Below the pieces are notes generated by a model. That model was not told the DNA's origin, did not search any database, and saw only the letters and a program-made list of their open reading frames with translations. DNA of 59,478 nucleotides from IMG/VR virus record IMGVR_UViG_3300045935_000034, positions 1 to 59,478 of that record; one strand, given 5' to 3'. The stretch comes from a virus. Lineage: Duplodnaviria; Caudoviricetes. Numbering within the stretch: position 1 is the stretch's first letter; every line of letters begins with the position of its first letter. Shown here piece after piece: positions 54,543-59,478 of this stretch. Position numbers and translations under genes: made by a program.

Positions 54543-56008
54543 CCAATTACGACCACCCACTCTCGCGGATGCTGATAGCGGCCGGACTGCTGGAGCCGGA
54601 GACCCCGCCACCGGTCGGGGTGATGACGTTCGTATTGCCCGCGAGCAACCCGGACGACCCGGCGGCGACCCGTTACGCGCAGGCCGCGCTACGCAGCGAA
54701 GCGCAGGGGCTCGCCTCCTGCGCGGAGGGCGGGCGCAATCACGCGTTGAACAGGGCCGCGTACTCACTCGAAAGGCTAGTAGCGGGCGGCTATCTCGACG
54801 CGGCGCAGGTCGTCGACACGCTGACCACGGCGGCTCGCGCCTCTGGTCTCGGTGACGCTGAGATAGCTCGCACCATCGCGTCGGGAACCCGTGCGGGTGC
54901 ACAGAACCCGCGCACAGTGCAGCTCGACAGCGAGTCAGACGGCATCGCGCCCGGCTACACCCTCACCCCGGAAGACCTGATCGGGCCAGTCGCTGACCAG
55001 GCGAAAGTCAGTGACGGCACTCAGCCGCCCTACATCGGGACGTCCCCGTGGTCGTTCGTCGACCTGTCGGCGCACATCGCGGGGACGCACGAGCCGCAGG
55101 CGACCGGCGTGCTGTATCGCAGCGACGGGCTCGGCCTGTTCTATCCAGGAGAGATCTCCTGGTTGCAAGGCGAGAGCGAGTCGGGCAAGTCGTGGGTGGC
55201 GCAAATCGCGGCTGCCGAGACGATTCAGGCAGGCGGGGACGTTCTCTACATCGATTACGAGTCCAACCCCGCGCAGATGGTCGCCCGATTGAAGTATCTC
55301 GGCGTGACGGCCGAGCAGTTCTCACACTTCTTCTACATCCGGCCACAACACCCGGCGCTGTCGCTGCTGTGTATCGGCGACTTCACCTATCTGATGGGTC
55401 AGAAGTACGTCCTGGTCGTGCTCGACGGGGTCACCGACGCGTTGGGCGTCGAGGGTAAGTCGATGCTCGACAACGACGAGGTAGCCGCGTGGATGCGGAC
55501 AATCCTGCGACCGCTCGCCCAGCACACGGGCGGGGCGGTCGTCGCCGTTGATCACGTGACCAAATCGAACGACGCGCGCGGGAGGTTCCCGATCGGGGCT
55601 CAGGCGAAGCTGGCCGGAGTGACCGGCGTGGCCTACCTCGTCGAGCCGGTCACCGCGTTCGGGATGGGGATGGTCGGGGAGCTGGCGATGCGTGTCGTCA
55701 AGGATCGGCCCGGGGAAATCCGGCCACGCTGCGGTGAGTACAGGGTCAGCGACAGGTCTCAGGAGGTCGCTCGCATCACGATCGACGCGAGCGTCACGCC
55801 GTACGCCTACCGCATCGCGCCGCCCGGGAACCTCGTCATCACGGCGCGCCCAGCGCTCGAACGCTGTATCGAGGCGCTGGAAAACCTCGGCGTCAACCCG
55901 ACTGCCGGACGGCGCACCGTGGATCATTTGCTGCGCGCCAAAGGGCACGACTTCAGCGCTCGCACGATTCAGGCGGCGCTCGTTTACCTGCGTGAAAACG
56001 AGCTCTGA
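54539..56008 (+). CDS. Replicative helicase (RepA/AAA_25-like) with N-terminal primase C-terminal-like domain
   Basis: GGRNHALN; Walker A GESESGKS; YIDYE; Walker B VVLDG; DHVTK; KDRPG. Confidence 0.9.
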   Translation: MTNYDHPLSRMLIAAGLLEPETPPPVGVMTFVLPASNPDDPAATRYAQAALRSEAQGLASCAEGGRNHALNRAAYSLERLVAGGYLDAAQVVDTLTTAARASGLGDAEIARTIASGTRAGAQNPRTVQLDSESDGIAPGYTLTPEDLIGPVADQAKVSDGTQPPYIGTSPWSFVDLSAHIAGTHEPQATGVLYRSDGLGLFYPGEISWLQGESESGKSWVAQIAAAETIQAGGDVLYIDYESNPAQMVARLKYLGVTAEQFSHFFYIRPQHPALSLLCIGDFTYLMGQKYVLVVLDGVTDALGVEGKSMLDNDEVAAWMRTILRPLAQHTGGAVVAVDHVTKSNDARGRFPIGAQAKLAGVTGVAYLVEPVTAFGMGMVGELAMRVVKDRPGEIRPRCGEYRVSDRSQEVARITIDASVTPYAYRIAPPGNLVITARPALERCIEALENLGVNPTAGRRTVDHLLRAKGHDFSARTIQAALVYLRENEL

Positions 56009-56009
56009 G

Positions 56010-56213
56010 GGTGGTTCCCAAGGCGGTTCCGGGCCCTTTTTCGGGGAGTGGTTCCCAAAACGCCGAAAACGGTTCCCATGACGACGACGACATGACAGAT
56101 CCCCTGCGTGAGGCGGTTCCATGCATGGGAACCAAAAATCCGAAACGGTGCCTAACCGAGGGTGGTTCCCTGGCCCCCCTACTACGTAGTGGGGCCAGGG
56201 GAACCACCCTCGG
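56010..56213. repeat. Probable replication origin (GGTTCC iterons plus long inverted repeat)
   Basis: Six GGTTCC and two GGAACC; inverted repeat 56156-56177/56191-56213 with ACTACGTAGT in the loop; directly after the helicase. Confidence 0.75.
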
Positions 56214-56265
56214 CCATAAGAGCAAAGAGACCAGGACCACGACGAGCACGAGAGAGAGGATCACG

Positions 56266-56514
56266 ATGGACACGACCGCTCCCCACAAAGGGCAGGGAAG
56301 CTCCCGTAGGCCCGAGGACGACGCCGACCCGCAGACCGTGCACGAGCACCCTGCGGAAGTGGGCGGCACAGGCCTCCCCGGCGAGGACGGCCGCGAGGGC
56401 GTGGCCGACGCGCTCTGGGCGATTCACGCCGAGCTGGTTCACGCGAACCTGGCTCGCGAGTCGTGGGCGCGCCAGATATTCGAGCTACTCGCCGCAGCCA
56501 AGGAGGAAGCGTGA
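56266..56514 (+). CDS. Hypothetical protein
   Basis: GAGGA RBS. Confidence 0.55.
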   Translation: MDTTAPHKGQGSSRRPEDDADPQTVHEHPAEVGGTGLPGEDGREGVADALWAIHAELVHANLARESWARQIFELLAAAKEEA

Positions 56515-56996
56515 TGGTTGACCATGCAGAGCGGGCGCTGATCGGGGCGGCAGCCAATCGCAAGGGCAAAGCCGCGGAACAGGCTGTCGCGCGATACCTG
56601 CGTGAGCATGGCTGGCCCGACGCGGCGCGGACGGTGCGAACCGGCTGGGCGAACGAGCGCGGCTCGCGTGCAGACGTCGGCGACATCGACGGCACGTCCC
56701 GGCTGGTGTGGCAGGTCAAGACCGGGGCGTCGGATATGTCGGGGGCGAGCGTGCCGCGCTCGCTGGCCGAGACGGTAAACCAGGCTATCGCGGCGGGCGC
56801 GGATTACGGCCTGCTCGTCGTGCGCCGCTCGGGCAAGTCCGACCCCGGGCAGTGGTGGGTGTGGCTGGGCGCTCGCGACTTCCGCGACCTGCTGCGGGGC
56901 GACGTGTTCCCGGCGGGGACGCTCGTCGATTTCCCCATCCGTGCCCAGCTCGGTGATCTCGTCGGGCTGCTGAAGACAGCCGGGTACTCGGCGTGA
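56511..56996 (+). CDS. Holliday junction resolvase (Hjc-like PD-(D/E)XK)
   Basis: KGKAAEQAVARYL..G..D.GDI.G..QVK. Confidence 0.85.
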   Translation: MMVDHAERALIGAAANRKGKAAEQAVARYLREHGWPDAARTVRTGWANERGSRADVGDIDGTSRLVWQVKTGASDMSGASVPRSLAETVNQAIAAGADYGLLVVRRSGKSDPGQWWVWLGARDFRDLLRGDVFPAGTLVDFPIRAQLGDLVGLLKTAGYSA

Positions 56997-57295
56997 GCCG
57001 CGCGGGGATGGGCGACGTGTTGCCGAACTCGTTGCCGCTGACGCCGGATCAGGATCAGGCGACCCGGCGTAGCGCGGCCCTGCTGGTAGCCACCTTCGCT
57101 CGTGACGCTGCGGATTGCGCCCAGCTACTCGACGCTCTCGGCCTCACTGTGGACGGCTCAGCGAAGCCGACGCCGCCGTGTGACCCGAAGTCGTGGGGCA
57201 TTCGGCACGGTGCTCAGCGCAACCGGCCGAAGAGGAAGAAAACGCCGGGCCAAGGAACGTCGCCGTGGTTCAACGAGTACACCAGGAGCACGTGA
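56993..57295 (+). CDS. Hypothetical protein
   Basis: A.DAADC.QLLDALGL. Confidence 0.65.
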   Translation: MSRAGMGDVLPNSLPLTPDQDQATRRSAALLVATFARDAADCAQLLDALGLTVDGSAKPTPPCDPKSWGIRHGAQRNRPKRKKTPGQGTSPWFNEYTRST

Positions 57296-57296
57296 C

Positions 57297-58028
57297 ATGA
57301 GCGCACATCGCTGCCACCGAGGATCACGCTGCGCCGCGTGGGAGCGCGGAAACCCCGAATCCGTGCGGCTGGGCGCCGCGATCAACGCCGAGGCCGGGCT
57401 GTGCGAGACCTGCACGCGGCATCTTGCCCGCGCGCTCGACGAGCTGCCCGGCGATTACGTGAACGTCTCGGCGCTGCTAACCCCGGGCAGCCGTGGCGCG
57501 CGGGAGTTCGTCACCGGGTCGGCAGAACGGCCGATCCCGATCAGGGTCGACATAGACGCCATGCTGCGCGACATCGCGCACGAATCGGCCTGCTGGGCGG
57601 AATCCACCGCCGAGGTTCTCGGCGTCGTCGTCGACACCCAGCACGCTCGTGACGCTCGTGTCGGGTTCTCGGTGCAGAAACACACGCGCCTGCTCAGCGG
57701 GGCGCTCAGCGTGCTGCTGAGCCTGCGCGACGTCGAGCACGGGGCGTGGGCCTACGGCGATTGGATGGTGCTCGCCCGAGACGGCCTCGATGCGGCGAAC
57801 GTGTTTCTGGACCTGCACCAGCGGGCCCGGTCCGTCACGGGAGCTGTCGCCCTGGTCAACGCGCTGCCTGAGCCGTGTCCGCGCTGTGAGTCGCGGGGTT
57901 TGGAGCGCCCGGACGGCAGCGAGACGATTGCGTGCAGTGTGTGCGGTCAGTACTGGACGTGGGACGACTATCAGCGGTTGTGCACGATTGTGTGCGACCA
58001 CAACGGGTATGCGGGGTTCGCCGCGTGA
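57297..58028 (+). CDS. Zn-finger protein, possible late-transcription regulator
   Basis: LCETC..L..LP; CPRC...CSVC; AGGAG RBS; position before late genes. Confidence 0.65.
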   Translation: MSAHRCHRGSRCAAWERGNPESVRLGAAINAEAGLCETCTRHLARALDELPGDYVNVSALLTPGSRGAREFVTGSAERPIPIRVDIDAMLRDIAHESACWAESTAEVLGVVVDTQHARDARVGFSVQKHTRLLSGALSVLLSLRDVEHGAWAYGDWMVLARDGLDAANVFLDLHQRARSVTGAVALVNALPEPCPRCESRGLERPDGSETIACSVCGQYWTWDDYQRLCTIVCDHNGYAGFAA

Positions 58029-58408
58029 GTCCTTATCAGACGGTCGGGGATAATTGGCCCTGGCCGGCAGATACGCCAATGGAGCGCGCGCGCCGTGTCG
58101 GCCGGTCCTATCGCGACGCGCTCGCCGAGCGGGACCCGGAACGCTGCGGCTATCTCGACCGCAGAATGACCGCGCTGGGTCAGCGATGGGTGGTGCCCCG
58201 CCGGGTGACGTATGAGCCCGACGAGCTGCTCACGGTCGGCGCTGTCGCCGAGATGTGCGATGTCCAGCGTGGGACCGTCGCCCAGTGGCGTCGGCGTGGG
58301 CTTGTCGTGACGGCGACCCCTGACGGGACGCGATATCGCGTGTCAGACGTGCTCGCCTATCACGCGAGACTGCGACAACGGCGCGTCCCGGTTGGCGAAA
58401 AGGGATGA
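58025..58408 (+). CDS. MerR-like HTH DNA-binding protein
   Basis: LLTVGAVAEMCDV..GTVAQWRRRG..YRVSDV. Confidence 0.8.
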   Translation: MSPYQTVGDNWPWPADTPMERARRVGRSYRDALAERDPERCGYLDRRMTALGQRWVVPRRVTYEPDELLTVGAVAEMCDVQRGTVAQWRRRGLVVTATPDGTRYRVSDVLAYHARLRQRRVPVGEKG

Positions 58409-58487
58409 CTGTACTACTGTGGCGAGCAGGCCCCCATATGTCCACATGCCCCCGTGAAGGGCACTGCTGGTTTCGTGGGGATCTTCT

Positions 58488-58620
58488 CGGCAACGACGAG
58501 TAAGGGGAGTTCCTCGTCACTGCCGGACATCAGGCAAGGGCTCGTGAGGGTGCTGTGGTGCGCAACTACCTTTCTCGCGAGCCCTTGTCTGATACAGCAC
58601 CACATCCCCCTATGGAGGGA
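58488..58620 (+). ncRNA. Candidate structured leader/ncRNA
   Basis: 20-bp stem 58529-58548/58574-58593 with 2 G-U pairs; hairpin 58488-58525; RBS-occluding hairpin. Confidence 0.45.
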
Positions 58621-58629
58621 CACAGCCCC

Positions 58630-58836
58630 ATGCCCTCGATCATGATCGTGTTGGGCTGGTCGCTGATCGCACTGGCCTCACTCGCTGTCTGCTACGGCGC
58701 CGGGTTCTATCTCGGGCGTACGCATGAGCGTGAACGCAGAGCAGCACGCACACGACCGGCAGCACCGTCCGAAGTAGACGATTCAGTGCTCGACGAACAT
58801 ATCTCCCCATCCCCGCGCAAGACATGGCAGCCCTGA
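58630..58836 (+). CDS. Small membrane protein
   Basis: TM helix; GGAGG RBS. Confidence 0.65.
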   Translation: MPSIMIVLGWSLIALASLAVCYGAGFYLGRTHERERRAARTRPAAPSEVDDSVLDEHISPSPRKTWQP

Positions 58837-58867
58837 CCCGCCGACACCCTCTGTGGAGTGCACACCC

Positions 58868-59104
58868 ATGAGCATCAACATCACAGCGAAGATCAAGTGT
58901 CAGAGCAAGACAGACCAGGGCGACGGCGACGACATGCGCGCCATGCTGACCTTTGCCCCGGACTACGGCGAAGGACGCAACGCATCATGGGCAGCGATGA
59001 CGCCCGCGCTCAGTCTCGTGATGACAGTGAAGGCGGCCGTTGCCGAGCAGTTCGAGCCCGGCACCGCGTATACGCTCACGTTCACCCCTGACGACGACAG
59101 CTAG
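58868..59104 (+). CDS. Phage hypothetical protein
   Basis: AK.KC..N..WA..TP...L..F.PG..Y..TF. Confidence 0.75.
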   Translation: MSINITAKIKCQSKTDQGDGDDMRAMLTFAPDYGEGRNASWAAMTPALSLVMTVKAAVAEQFEPGTAYTLTFTPDDDS

Positions 59105-59112
59105 CAGGGCGC

Positions 59113-59475
59113 GTGCCCACTCGCCCGCCCCGGGTGTGTGCGATGTGCGGCGCCCCGGCGCGCGGGCACTGCACGTGCCGCCCGCAGGTGCGCCGGGACA
59201 GTGACCGTGCTCGCGGCACCGCCGCCGAACGAGGCTACGGCGAGCACTGGCGTGCTGTCCGTCGTGCGTACCTGAGGGCACACCCGCTGTGCGTGCTCTG
59301 CGCCCGACTCGCGAACGTCGCAGATCACCACCCCGACACCCGCCGGGCACTGCTCGCCGAGCAGGTACCGGACCCTGATGCCTGGTACCGACTGCGGTCA
59401 TTGTGCAAGCAATGTCACGACAGGCACACGGCGCGCACCAGCCCTGGCGGGTGGACTTGGCGCAGCACACCGTGA
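59113..59475 (+). CDS. HNH endonuclease (packaging-associated)
   Basis: RGYG..W...R..YL..HPLC..C..DH..LCKQCH..HT. Confidence 0.92.
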   Translation: MPTRPPRVCAMCGAPARGHCTCRPQVRRDSDRARGTAAERGYGEHWRAVRRAYLRAHPLCVLCARLANVADHHPDTRRALLAEQVPDPDAWYRLRSLCKQCHDRHTARTSPGGWTWRSTP

Positions 59476-59478
59476 CCC

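Noticed and set aside
58549-58604. Simple intramolecular H-type pseudoknot
   Set aside because: The linker is too short to cross the 20-bp stem; kept only as an alternative or intermolecular pairing.
1-59478. CRISPR array, DGR or retron, IS elements, rRNA, further tRNAs
   Set aside because: No reverse transcriptase, transposase or spacer array recognised, and no second cloverleaf noticed by eye (not exhaustively scanned).

Overview
The window looks like an essentially complete ~59.5 kb temperate siphovirus genome from a high-GC actinomycete. The zf-HC3 / XRE-DUF5753 / DUF397 trio points to a Pseudonocardiaceae- or Streptomyces-like host. It is opened just before a probable cos region, and the terminase-associated HNH gene ends at the last bases. 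Gene order: ParB-like gene and Mom-like adenine-modification gene; HK97-type packaging and head genes; tail with a 1617-aa tape measure; lysis genes embedded among tail-fibre/spike genes; leftward accessory genes (XRE/DUF397, HigA, metallophosphoesterase, Lsr2); a phiRv1-type large serine integrase; a repressor/Cro switch; and a rightward replication arm (C5-MTase, exonuclease, SSB-like, prim-pol, helicase, iteron origin, resolvase). Top candidate novel system: a complete but non-canonical tRNA-Gly(UCC) cloverleaf (1295-1366) inside the 3' end of the Mom-like CDS, suggesting a DNA-hypermodification module with its own glycyl donor. Other signals: a strongly over-represented, strand-polarised 10-mer (TGGCCGGCAC) whose extended copies bracket two leftward cassettes, two structured RNA candidates (~30.3-30.6 kb and ~58.5-58.6 kb), and an HTH protein carrying a phiRv1 RDF-like motif. 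All calls come from manual motif recognition; no searches were run.
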